Shown here in pieces: positions 51,690 to 64,000 of a stretch of 64,000 nucleotides of DNA (position 1 is the stretch's first letter; each line of letters begins with the position of its first letter). The position numbers and the translations under genes are program-made. Below the pieces are notes generated by a model. It was not told where the DNA came from. It worked only from the letters and a program-made list of their open reading frames with translations, and made no database searches. Origin of the DNA: Phoronis australis (taxonomy: Eukaryota; Animalia; Phoronida); the NCBI GenBank assembly GCA_002633005.1, contig NMRA01000033.1, positions 1-64,000 of the forward strand. Direction: 5' to 3'.

Positions 51690-52130
51690 GTTTCTTTTGC
51701 AAGGCACAGAAGCAAAACACCCTTTTGGCTCTAATCGCAGAAGAATGGCAAATGAATTTTTTCTCCGTCTGCGTAGTTGGCTCTCTCGCAGTCTTCGCGT
51801 TCTTCACAGACTGCGCACTTTTCGTTCAACTACTACATATTTCCAATCGAGCACAATTTTCACAGCTCGAAAACACAAACATGACTTTAGTTTTTCGTCA
51901 CATTGCCTCATCAGCTTCGGTGAAAAATCATCGATAATTGGGCTGGAGCTACACAACTGGTTGCGTTTGATGCCAAAACTAGAAAAAGTTCTTTGCAGTT
52001 TTAAATCAAGTGTTTCATCCCTACGCATTGTAAAACACACTTTTGAATCCCTGGCATTAAAAACACCATCAAATCTCAATAAGACCATAGTCTAGTGTTC
52101 ATACTTCATACTTTATGAAACATTTTGGCA
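51690..52130 (-). mobile_element. Possible Crypton (DUF3504 tyrosine recombinase) relic
   Basis: Weak motifs ETLDLKLQRTF and VLD(W)K...KTAREPTTQTEKK; decayed. Confidence 0.3.
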
Positions 52131-54021
52131 CATCCTATAATTTACACCTGAACTAATTTTGGAATAGTTCATTATTTATGATTGTGCTTAAGCGTGGTTT
52201 ATGAAATGAAATTATCAGTTTTGTCCGATTATGTCAACTATTTTTTCAGAACGCAGTGAGACTTACGTACCTGTTTGTGACAGGCACTTTAGAGGTTGGT
52301 CCGACAGAACTGCTTACCTAGGTGTGGCAGGGACTTTAGAGGCTGGTCAATGAGAATTACGTGCCATAGTATTGCAACGTTTTAGTGGTTGGTCGACGAG
52401 AACCAATGGGGCTATTCGGAAAATCTACAATAACTAGAGGGCGTGCGTGTACTAGTGGTGATAGAGTAACAGCCTCGATTTCGCGAGCCCTTTAAATACA
52501 TGGTGAAATGGCTTGCAGCCGTGCCAACTGAATCTGAGATTGCGTAAAAAGGGTGCTTCTATGAGAGGAAGTGAGCATAACCTCATACAAAGGTAAGGTT
52601 TGTGATTATTTTTACGATTATTCCATGATTATTCTACCGGTGCCTGTTAACTGAGGCACTCGCCGATGTCGACTTCGCGGCAGTCAGTTGCCAGCCAGAG
52701 TCTGGTTAATCTTTATATGTTGTGATACGTGATACGATACTTGACGTAGCAATCGGGATCTTTTCGTACGTCAAAGCATTATTATTGTTTGGAATGATTT
52801 CTAAAAGTTTATCAGTGATAGTTACATCAATCAATTCTGAATGTTTATGCTGTCAACTCGATACAGGTTAATGAGTTAAGATTACAATCCAATCCCAATG
52901 GCAAAGGGTACGTGAGTGATAAATATCCATTGCATTAGACTATTTGTTTACTCCCTATCATATGTCTTCTGGAAATCTATTACACGTTGAAATGGAAATC
53001 TATCACGTCAGTTTTCACGTAACCTTTGGTTTTTAGGTTTGAAGGCTTGTACCGTGCAGAGGAGATATGCATCGCTTCTGCACCGTCCCTGAATGGACAA
53101 AAATTGGTTTTTAGCATTTGACTGCAGCTAACCAACAAGATCTTCCCATCCAGTGCAGATCTGTTGTCAAAGCCTACTTTCAATATTGGAGACAACGAAC
53201 AAAGCCTTTGAAAAGGAACAGCTATTTTTAAAGTCATTTTGTTAAATTACTTATTCAGGTCCTGAGGGGGGATTGGCATGGGGGGTTGTAATATTTGGTA
53301 CAACTGAATGTGTGGAAATAACAGGTAATACATGTTTGGGGAAAAGAGCATGGTGAGGTAATTCTTAACCTTCACGAAGTCCCTTCAAGTTGATTTCATG
53401 AAACTGTTTTGCTACTTGTATCAATTGTAAAACCACGAAAATATATTACATTTTCCGAATTCACAGTGACTGAATAGTCTTAACTCATGCCTTGAAATGT
53501 TGCAAGTCGTTATAAATTCAAATGACTGCCATTTTTGTGAAAATTGCATTTTTGATGGTGCCTTACGATTTGTAATTACTCTTAAACAACAGAAAGATTA
53601 TCCATCATTTTTAAATGACCCAAGTCTTCATATCTTCTATTAGAAGAAAAACGGTTCCCTCAACCTTAGGCTAGAAGTATGCTTGACAGACCCATGAACC
53701 TGTAATCTGAGTTTAAAATTGCTGAAAGTATCAAAATTAAAAAGGCTTGAAAATGGGTAACAAAGGTTTGAAGTTGTCTCAAAAAACTTGTATATTTTAC
53801 AGACAAGTGATGCGTTTAAAGAATTGTTATGGCTAGGGATAAAAAATAAAGACACAGTTTTATGCAATACTCATTATATACACCCTTGGTTTCTGAAAAT
53901 AGTAATTATTTACTTTTATGTGAAACTGTAGACCAATCACCATATATTTTTGAAAAACAGGGATAACATTTTTGATCCAATCTGGAGTACTTAATTATTC
54001 ATATTTCAATATTTGTTCCAG

Positions 54022-54540
54022 GTTCAGTGACATTTTAAGGCCACTTCAAGCTGTATCATAGACAAGCTTTGTTACTCCGTTCTCTTCCCACAGCACTTCC
54101 ACACACCAGCAGTGCTGCATGGCACAATGTGCAAGTCAGTGGCCCTGGAGAAATGTGAATCGCAGTACTAAGTTACCATAAGACAATGTGCCAGTGGAGT
54201 GTCTGTGTATCCAGACGAACTATATCTGACTGCTACACAAATAAGCCTTGTTGGTGAGGATGCCCTTTCATAGGCAATGAGTCATGTGTGGACAATAGCT
54301 TATTTCCTTTCCTGGAAGAAACATGAGGGACTGAAGCTAAAGAAGACCTAGTCACACTCTGGTCTAGTTCAGAGTCTGATTTTGGGCTCAAAACGATTCA
54401 AGTGATATGCTGCTGTGTTTACCTTCAAGGGTCTAATTGTGGATGTTATTGAGGCTGAATGAGGTTACATGAAAGAAAGCCACGTGTTGAAACTGGACCT
54501 TTTTTACAAGCGCTTCTATAGGCCATTGAAACTAGAACCC
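54022..54540 (+). pseudogene. YqaJ / lambda-exonuclease-like coding relic within the ISL2EU element
   Basis: FHTPAVLHG...VALEKCE...CASGVSVYPDELYLTAT..SLVG...LKLKK...VQ...VFTFKGLIV...KLDLFYKR, with stops. Confidence 0.7.
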
Positions 54541-55599
54541 AGTGAAATGAAAGCCAAAAGCTGAGTGACATTAAATTTTCCTTTCAGAAGAAAGGCTTTA
54601 TACTATTGGTAAAAACTTTTCAATTTGGTACAGATTATGGGGAAATGACATTCAGTGACTGCATCGATTGTCTTATTGTATGTTTTCAATTGTAGCTAGC
54701 TGGATAAGAATCTGCTATGCACAAGATTCGAGAATAAACAATTATCAGTGTATTTAAAAACAAATGGCAAACTGAAAAAGCACAGAAAGAAACAACATTG
54801 CGAGGGAGTCCATAATCAGGCATATCAGGTGCTGAATTTCTGAATTACGTTCAATTCTCTCAGGTTATTGCTGAAGGATTGCTTTTCACTTTGTCCAACG
54901 GTGAAATAGATGGTCAGGCGGTTGGTTTCAGTTGTTTTTTCTTGCCTGTAACAGAATAGAAATATTAGCAAATTGTAAAAGAAAAGACAAGACAAAACTA
55001 CTTTTGTAAGGCAGAACATACTTGACATTTCATCTTCATGTTTATGTGTAGAAACTAATAACCTTTGTACCCAAGTCTTATTTAATATCTGAATTAAAAT
55101 ATGTGAAACAGGCTAAAAGTGATTTAACAATGTGTATTTTTCATGACACTTAAAATGTGCTTCTGATCTCAACAAGTAAAATTCATTCTAGGTGTCAATT
55201 TTTTTCCAATGCAATGTTACGACATTTACTGAATTAAGGCTTATTCATGTTAATTCGATAACTGAGCTGGTGGTCCTGGGGGTGGGGTCCACGATAAAAT
55301 AAGGAAACTCACTCATCTAGAGAATTTTATTGGAAACAGCATAGTTTTGAAGAGAAACTGCTGTGAAAAAGTCACTCTTGACTTCTGTGCATCACGTACC
55401 ATACACCTCTTATTTTGGGAGCACTCCCACCCAGGACAATATGAATATGTGCTGCTAGCCTACCCGGCATCGGGTGAGTTTCCAAAAAGAAACACTTAGT
55501 TCCACTCAATAAAACTGTTATTCAGTGGGGTAACTGGTGGGGATAACATCACCGAACGATGTTGATAGAAACTGATTGCTAAAAACTTACCAAGTAATG

Positions 55600-55790
55600 T
55601 TGTGTAGTCTCCGAATGGAAAGGCATAGTCATAGAGCACACACGGGGCTTCAGCATCCACACACTTTTTGTCAGTTAGTTGACCCTGTTGACCGCAATTG
55701 TCCACGAATATAGTAACCTTAGGTCTTTTGGGAATTTGTGGCCACCTGTCGAAGACTTGCACCAGGGAACTTAGCAGTAATAAGGCTTAG
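55600..55790 (-). pseudogene. THAP-domain relic (transposase N-terminus) within the ISL2EU element
   Basis: PYYC*VPWCKSSTGGHKFPKDLRLLYSWTIAVNR...W..KPRVCS. Confidence 0.7.
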
Positions 55791-58639
55791 CGCGACGACG
55801 TATTTTGATAAAAATTCCATCTTTTACCAGTTGTTTACATGCAGACAGCCACGCATGCGCAATTTAATCACCACTAGTACAGCAGCGACACCGCGAGGAG
55901 AATTCTCCGAATAGCCCCATTACCTTGGTGTGACAGGGCTTCCAGTTGAAGGTTGAACTACCTACCTCGTTGTCTTTGGTAGTTGGTCAGCAGAGAACGA
56001 TGTACCTTGGTGTGATAGCGTCTTTAAATGTTGTTCAGTCGCAGGCCTGTCACTAGTGTTTGACATTACTCCACTTCGGAGTGAAAAAGACTCTTGAGGT
56101 GCGCATAATGTTCGTAATTACGGAAATGCAACTTCACGTGTGGACAAAACTAATTAATGGCCGACAATTTCATTTTTGTCAAAAACACACGGCATTGCTG
56201 AAAATTTCAGGATTTCACCAGGCTTTAGCTGGGAAAATGTACAAAGCATGGTGTACTGATACTGATGCTAAATTTTCTTCCCGATTGCCTTCGTCTAGAA
56301 TTTTGATGAATATTATTTCACTATTCCACTGCTTTTACTAAAATTGACTGATAGGTTGTTTCATAACTTACGAAGTTGTTGTCGTTTCGTAATTCGTACG
56401 GCTCAGCTGCCTGCATCTTCTGAAGGAAAATAAAATAGCTTTGGTTTAGTCATGTGTCTACCCTAGACTACAAGCACAGCTGGGACAATAAATCTTCATT
56501 TAGGTTTGGCTGACACCGTAATAAACCAGGAAATGTTACTTCAAGTAAGTCAAGGGCACCGTTAAAATGACTGCTCCACTTAGCCTTACGGGGATTTAAC
56601 AGACCAAATGAACTAATGGACTGAGCCGATTTCGAGTGAGCTTTCTTCAAAAACATTGGCTGATGAACGTCCTACAACAGAACACAAGCATATGATGGTT
56701 TGTCTCACGTATAGCTTTAAGCTGGAAAATGGTGAGGTTGGTGTCGGATTCAATTTTCTACTGTAGATAAAGAAAGCTTATCATCACTAACCAATTCTGC
56801 CGTGGTGTTCCGGGTTGAAACCACTGCAATTAATAAAGCTACAATACCTACACATCGAGTGTGAGCTGGGGATAACCTTTTTTTTCTTACAGTCAAATAG
56901 CTATCAAAGCCCTAAAGAAACTGGGGGCAGCTCACGATCTGTTAATGTTGGCATTGATGAACCCGACACTGCACAAAACTTTGCATTTTCCAACACGACA
57001 AAAAGTGAAGCAAAACTGTTACCCTTTTTTGATCATTTGCAGCAGTCCAAAGGATATTGATTTTGTATACTGCTCACGCAATGTATATAGAACCATTTAA
57101 GAGATGTTCAGTTTCGTTAAAGATCAACTTTCGCACCACTTTTATTTTCCAAAATATCACCTTCGCCAAGTGTGGAGGGTGCAATAGGAACTATTTTATA
57201 CCTTTTTCAAGTTCGTGAAAGATCGTCTTTCGCGTACCTCTCCTTTTTAAAGAATATCTTTTCCAAGTTCGGAAGGTGTGAAAGGAGTAATTTTACAGTT
57301 TTCAATTTCGTAAAATGCCAGATTCCTCATACCTCTTTCGAAAGATCCACCTTTAGGCAGAGTGGAAGGAACTAAAGGAAACATTTAAGTCTTTTCAATT
57401 TCCTTTCCCACATTTTTTGCTTTAAAGTTATGAAAAGGGGACTCTTGCAGCTTTAAAATTTTGTGAACAACCCCTTTTTGCATACCTTTTCATTCTTGAA
57501 AAATTATCAGGTAAACCAGTAAGATAATCAGACTTGTTTCGTGTTTTAAGAAAATTTTGTTTTTTCATGATTTTTGAAGGTGATTCAAAACAGTCTGAGA
57601 ACGCTCAATTAGTTTCCGTCTGATATTTTGGTTGTTACTGTTGTTTTTCAATACACATGTCTTCAAAGACGAATCGTTTCTTTTTGTGATTAGTGAAACT
57701 ACAATAACAGCTGGGATTGTGTACCTTTTATTCAGTGATGTATTTCTAACGTCCATTCAGTGGCATCGTGCTGTCACCAACCAAATATGTTAACGTTCAC
57801 TTAGTTCTCAATCAACAAAAAATATATCATTCTGTATCAACAGCTCGCGAAAAGCGTTGAACAAATGCGGGACACATTAAGTACTAGTCCACGAGACCAC
57901 CAACCAGCCAGCGGCAAGGTGGGGGTCAACAGATTTTCACCAAATTTGGCACATAGGTAGTCCTATAGGATCCATAAACATTGGTGAAATATTTCCTAAA
58001 AATATTACGTTTTACCAAAATTATAGGTTCAAACACATTTTAGGGCTTCGCAGCCATGTTTTCACGGTATAAAAACTGTCCAGTTTTAACTGTATATATT
58101 TTTCCTTGAATGAAAGCTATTGAACTATTATTCACTTGGAATTGTTTAGTGGTGCCCATAGATTGTTACACAGATGTCTTGAAAGAAAGATTCCGATTTA
58201 CCACCCTCATTTAGTAGTTTTACTACACTGCCCCCCCCCCGTTATGCCAATTTGAGGTTATGCTCAGTACACTGCTGTACCAAATCTGCCCCCACTGCTA
58301 TGAGAATGAAACCTAGCCAAAATGCTTACAAAACATGTTACTTTCATTGCATTGTCAGCCAGTTGATTAGTTATACATTTTGGCACTTCAAATGTACTAA
58401 AATGAGAATTTTTAAAATATCTGAGATCGATGCGTGTTTGTTCCTCCTGAATGTTTTGAATGTTTTACTACTTACCACCTAGGGCTACGGTACTCCTAGA
58501 TACCATACATAGCAACATTTTGTTAAAAAGCCGATTATGTCCTCCACAGTGAACAGGGTTAGACATGAACTCGACAAACTGTAGATTATTTTGATTTACA
58601 GTTGTTATGCCTTGCAATTTCCTCATGGGTATTTCTTCA

Positions 58640-61600
58640 CACATATTCAAGTCTCATATTCTGTTGATCAAATGTTCATGCAATGCATTGTAATATCAAC
58701 TGAATGATAAGTTTGGTGGCATGACCACAATTTTCCCACGACTTACAACAAAAGACCGCAGAAATTTTCCTGACGAAATACTGGGTTTTCAGTTCTCTAA
58801 AAACATTAGAATGACAAGACAAACTCCACCACTGTCTGTGGCAACTCGTCGCATAGTTATCGCTCATCGGTCCTATTATTGTTTTCCTTTGTTGTGTCAT
58901 TGTTGGATATAACAACACAGATCGCATGGACATAGAACTTTGCGTCCATCAGAAAGTTGCCGATAAGAGCTTGTCATTATCTTTACGTATTATAACAACG
59001 GGAACAATGAAGATGCTAACCTATTGTTCTCTATGCGATCAGGTTTCCCCGTGGATGACCACAGAAGAGGAATCCCAAAGTATCCACAATGACCACGCAC
59101 CTCAGCAACTATTACCGCGCACAAGAATCCTTCCCGTGGAACCTAAACACCAAATTTTTATATCCATATATTGTGTTGTATTGCTCATGGTACGGGTTCA
59201 GACTCCGCTGCATTAAGATTCCAATCCCAAACCCTGTAGTTTGTAGTTTGAGTCAAATTTCTAGACAATGCAGGTTTATGGATTTACTCTCGTTTAAATG
59301 AAGAGTAAAAATCAAATTCTGCACTGGTTTTTTAAAAGTAATCACTTATTGGAAGATCACACGTCTAAAAAATAAAACAATGTTTGACGATTTTATTCCT
59401 TATCTTATTTGAAAGTTGCCTACCTCACAGACAACACATCTAAGTTGAAAACATTCCTTGTGAAAAAAATACAAAATACCAACCAGAGACTTGTATACTA
59501 CAAAATATGTTTTCATAATACAATACAAAGATAACTGTACAGTCAAAAGTGCAATGTTATGACTAACAAAAACTGCCTTCTAGATCTTTTCAACACTCCA
59601 ATTGCTACAGGACAGAGTCAACCACAAAACCCCATAAAGTCAGGGAGTTACGTTTAAGGTAATGTAGTCTCACTGCGAAAAAGTGATTTCACAATGTCGC
59701 TGACAACACTGGAAATTTCTTCTTCACAAACTTGAGGTAGCTGTATGTAGCACATCAATGTTCTCATCAAAAATAACCACCACAAAATGAAAAATTGGCT
59801 CCTCGGTTCCAATTAGACAGCATTTTTACAATGAAATGGTCATAAAAAATACTTTTGTAACATGGTTTGCATTACAATTGCCGTACGATTACAGTTGTAC
59901 ATACATACCAGAAACAGAATTACCCGTGGGAACCATAAAATGGTCAATTCACCAAAAACCAATGAGTCACCAGAGCTAATGTGCCAATACTTTTCAGTAT
60001 TGCATTAAAAAAACATTTGAAGTGGACCACCTAAAATCACACAAAACAACTTTTGATTCAGACATTTTACCATCATGAAATGGGTATTATTTCCAGGTCA
60101 CTTCGTTGCAATTCCAGAAATCACTTCTCATCTGGATAAGCAACAAATTGAGCAAGGTTTATAGAGGAAAATGGTCTAAATCAAAACTTTATATCCTGGA
60201 CAGAATGTGGGTTTATAACCCAGGCAGAAAGATAAGTAAACAAAACCAGCCTAACAGGAACAGGGGCTCAAATTTCAGTAATACCCGTTCACAAACAAAA
60301 ATCTATACTGGTAAATAAAATGCAGAAACATAAATTTAGATCAGTTACGCAATTTCAAGGAAAAGAAACAGTACAGTGGTCAGAAATCATCTAAATGTGA
60401 TGGCCACACTGAGAAATCCTTTCTGACCAAAATCTCCAGTGCCACTGCTGGATTTATCAGATCAGCCAGAGTATTTACAGGTCCAGTCACTATACTGTTT
60501 CCTCCCTTTGAATATATACAATGCTACATCCTTGACAATCTTAGAGTGCAGATTGTCTCTTTCCAATGCATACTCCACTTCCTCTGTCCCAGTTCCCCCC
60601 CCCCCCCCNCCCCCCCCCCCCCATTTGCTGAGAGTGGCCTATCTCAACAAATTACTTTGGACCTGTTGTGGTATAAGCCAGTAATCTTTGGCAAATACTT
60701 TTTCCCCAACTCGTTCCTCAAGTTACAAATTCTCTTTGACACATCTTCTGGGAGTAGACTTCTCGGCCTCTCTCTAGCCCCCTCATTTAAGGGCACCTTC
60801 TTGCTGGTTTTGAACTTTCCCATACCCAAGCTTTACTAATAATCGGCAGGTCTCCAACTTCAGCAGTATCCACATCGTCAGCATAAGCCTTTTCAAGATT
60901 CCTAAAATTGTATTAATGAAAAATTAAACATATTAAATTTAATGTGGCCATTTCGGCTCAGAAAATATGAATACCAAGCTTTAAGTGAAGGCATCACAAA
61001 TAAGAGAGATTTGATTATAAAAATTTACAAAATGAATGTACGTGACAGCAGGACAAAGGTATAAAACAGAAGTATGGCACATTACATGTTGAAAATAATG
61101 AGACTAACTTAAATTATCCGCGCTACCTATTTGTCAGCGTTCATTGTGAAATGAATGAGTTGAACATTATATTTCTCTTCATAACATTGAAACATAAAAC
61201 AATTGACCAAAGTAATTTTTTGAAGAATACACAATATTTTTGACGGCTTTAGCATGTTTAATTAACTTCATATTCAATCGTAGAAATTCATTGGCAGACA
61301 TAACATACTCCCTAGTCGCTAAAAGTAGGTTATGGGCAGAAACCATGTAACACATTTGGTGGTTATTATGAAAAGTTATGATGACTACCTGTTTCCTATG
61401 CCAATGTACATGTATACATGCACTGCATATACATCAACACATTTCAATAAGACATGATTAAGCAATAAGGCCCAAGTTATAAGCAATCACGGTGTGTCAA
61501 TAAAAGTATTTTTGCATGAATGACGTGCTCCTAAAAAATATTCCTCTGACCCTGGAGTTTGGTGATTCCTACCTGAGCTCACACGAAGCAGGACGTTGAA

Positions 61601-61960
61601 CCTTGACTTAACGTCTTTGGTCATTTTTTCAGACCTCTATCAGATTTCTCCTCTAGTGTGCAGTGGCTGTACTCAGTGTCTTTGGCGACGCCAATATATC
61701 TCGAGGGTTGTAACGATGATTCGGGCAAGTGAATCTACTACAGTAGATTATGTAGCTCCTGCTTCACACCTGCCTCCGAGGCGGACACTGAGACAGACTA
61801 CTTCTCAGGACACGTTCCACCTCCACATCAGCTCCCCTCACTTTTGTGTTCTCCAATGTCTTGCTCTGTTCCTTGTGCATTTTCCAAGAGTTTCCAAAGT
61901 TGTTAGTTTCTCTCCGCAATTTGTAAAAATACCACATTCGATGCGACTGGCAATGCCAGA
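58640..61960 (-). mobile_element. Possible spliced Sola-type transposase relic
   Basis: Exon-like block 61573-61950 ending CAG|GTAGGA, with a frameshifted CPNHR..L..YWR...P.H...DRG...LLRVSSG zinc-binding-like motif. Exon-like block starting ttttAG at 60901 (NLEKAY...). Weak SDNYATSCH motif at ~58840-58865. Confidence 0.35.
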
Positions 61961-62759
61961 TAAATAGCCATTATTCAACTAACGCATTGTATGTTTAGTT
62001 TGGTATTCAGACGAGTTGGATGAACAAATCTAGTATAATTTCATATTATAGTGGGAACTACTAGTGTCCTTGAAATTAATTAAAAACATTTAAGCAAACC
62101 AATTCTTTTAATTGTTGTACTATACCACGGTATTTTAATGCGTAGAAACGGCGCACAACTAGTGACTGGTTTAACACGTCAAATACACGTACGCGGCCTG
62201 AAAATTGTGAAATTCAGACACCTATTACCAAGCTTGCCTGAAGGGCTGACAAAGTGAAGTCTTCTACATGTCCATGTTATTATTTTTAGTTTTCAAGGGG
62301 GGGGCAGCTTCGCTATAAGGGTACAACTTTCTGCTGGTTTACCACTAGAATAAAATGTACCTCCACCGAAACAGTGTGGGTGCTGTTTTACTTACATTGG
62401 TCATGAACCTATCATGTGATATCAAAATTGCTTAGAAAAGATTCTGTTTGAAGCAGAAACTGGAGTAGAAAATTTGGTCAAAAATGACTCATTCCACACC
62501 AAGAAATTGCCTCATTTTGACCCCCCAAGAAGACTTCCCTTGTATCTCCTATACCACTAAAGTTTGTGGTGTCATACTTCACCCAATTTCTCTCATCCCT
62601 ATTGTGATTTATTAGACTAAACATGAATCTGAATGGCTGACCCCCCCNGCCGCTTGTTGCCTGTACGGTGCTTGGTGGATCCGTGGACAGATAATTAACT
62701 TTCAAAGATTAGAAAAAATGAACACCTGACAATACAAACTTGTAACACCATTTTAATTC

Positions 62760-63050
62760 TTAGAGATGCACCGCAGTCTTTCGTGGGAAACAGAAGTATC
62801 GACGTTTAAATTTGCAGTACATTTTAAATACATGAAAGGCGAAAACGGAACTTCTCGTTTTATAAAAAGGCACAAGATACGAAAATGCAAAGTATTTCGA
62901 ATTAATGAAAGATCAAAGGTGACTTTGGCAAGACCAACTGTAAAACGCAAGTTTGAGGAATCGTTTCAATTATAAAAGTTGAACGACGACTGCACTTAAA
63001 ACAGAAGGCTGTAAAAAGAGACAGGCGTCTTTTTGGACGGCAAGAGATTA
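62760..63050 (+). mobile_element. Possible Crypton-like tyrosine recombinase relic
   Basis: EMHRSLSW...ENGT and Y..KLNDDC, weakly resembling Crypton motifs. Confidence 0.25.
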
Positions 63051-64000
63051 CATATGACCTTTCAATATTTAGCCTAATGTGACGGGACGTTCGTAACTTT
63101 ACGCTTATTGTTATTCTTATTTACTTGCAAATGTTCGGTTATTCTTATGCTAATGTCTTTGTTGCGTCTCAGTACGCCTTTGTTACGTGGGCACGCGGTC
63201 GCGACTGTATGTGTCGGGCACTTCACTAGCTACAGGCTTAGGAGAAGGGTGTTTCCTTCATTTGCCTACATGAAATTGATTGTCATCATGTGTAACTGAA
63301 CTGAACGTATGCCTGATGAGGAAAAATACTTATTTTTGATGCTCAGTGGAGACTTGCTCTGTTACACTAATGAAAGATGATAGCTGGGTACACGTTTTCT
63401 TTTCTGGAATGTGAAAAATAAGAGGAGAACGAAAACTGGCGGACTGTCTTGCGCACACATTTTGGGCGTGGTAAATGTCAAAACAGACAAGTGAGATGAA
63501 ACAGTCCAATTAATATAAGTTTAATTGTAGTACTTCGTAACAGGAAAAGAAATAATGTAACCGAAAGGAAATAGAAACATTAAACCATACGAGCTTGCAG
63601 TACCTTAAAATATGTGAAAGACTATAATTCTGTGAAAAAAGGTGTGACATGGGGGTAACATGTGATGTTCTTGTACGATAAAAGGTGCAACGTGTGAACA
63701 TACAAAGCCTTTGGAGTTTTTGAGAGGAGAGGTTGCATTTTTGTAAATGGAATGTGTTAAGTACGTCCTTAAAATACCTTTTCAGTTAATGAATGGTGAA
63801 CGGTGGTCTTCGGTAAACGAAATGGTGCAAAAAGTGCGGGATCACTTTGCAAACATGTTGCACAAAGTGAAAAACGTTGGAAAGGTAAGGTTTCGTGCAG
63901 TGTTACAACCTTGCAGCCGACAGAAGTGTAGGCACTGAGGCGGTGTTCAGTAGACTCATGAACTTTACGCAGTCCAGTAGGATCCTACAGGAAATTCCAA

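Larger units (their letters stand above)
52408..55918. mobile_element. ISL2EU-type (PIF/Harbinger-related) DNA transposon, decayed, with intact termini
   Basis: TIR GGGGCTATTCGGA / TCCGAATAGCCCC with AT TSD, plus a subterminal gtactagtggtgat IR. Plus-strand YqaJ-like exonuclease relic and minus-strand THAP relic in convergent orientation. Confidence 0.82.
52268..56040 (+). repeat. Degenerate ~47-bp minisatellite (52268-52407 and 55921-56040) split by a transposon
   Basis: Units tacct(t/a)ggtgtgacagg..ctttagaggttggtc...gagaac, about three on each side of the insertion. Confidence 0.7.

Noticed and set aside
52268-56040. CRISPR-like array next to a nuclease gene
   Set aside because: Units are degenerate along their whole length with no constant-repeat/unique-spacer pattern. 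The context is eukaryotic, and the YqaJ relic belongs to a TIR transposon that interrupts the repeat.
60644-60901. Intact last exon of a host gene
   Set aside because: The protein-like sequence switches frame mid-exon and the upstream exon-like block has stops and frameshifts, so it is treated as a relic.
63310-63330. CTGATGAG...GAAA hammerhead core
   Set aside because: No room for stem II and no flanking stems; likely chance.

Overview
Eukaryotic (animal) genomic DNA from a draft, probably heterozygous assembly. It is AT-rich and intron- and transposon-dominated, with two N gaps (4062-4445, 10484-11078) and three single-N joins (615, 2208, 7958) that each separate near-identical duplicated segments. 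The only recognisable host gene is on the minus strand at the left end: GT-AG exons, all phase 1-1, encoding two Tie/TEK-type 8-Cys EGF repeats (5268-5399; 2019-2159 with a copy at 2376-2516) and an FN3 domain (232-540 with a copy at 672-980). This is part of the ectodomain of a Tie (angiopoietin-receptor)-like protein, suggesting an invertebrate deuterostome or similar marine invertebrate (inference). One more well-formed orphan exon lies at 16564-16678 (-). The rest is decayed mobile DNA: three Penelope-like elements (two with inverted ends carrying hammerhead-like cores), several LINEs (Tx1/L1, CR1/L2, an RNase H-bearing fragment), a Gypsy pol relic, an Academ transposon with intact TIRs and TSD nested in a LINE, an ISL2EU (THAP + YqaJ) transposon inserted in a minisatellite, THAP/Sola/Crypton-like relics, MITEs and several large inverted repeats. 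I found no intact transposase or RT ORF, no CRISPR and no clearly new biological system. All calls were made by eye without database searches.
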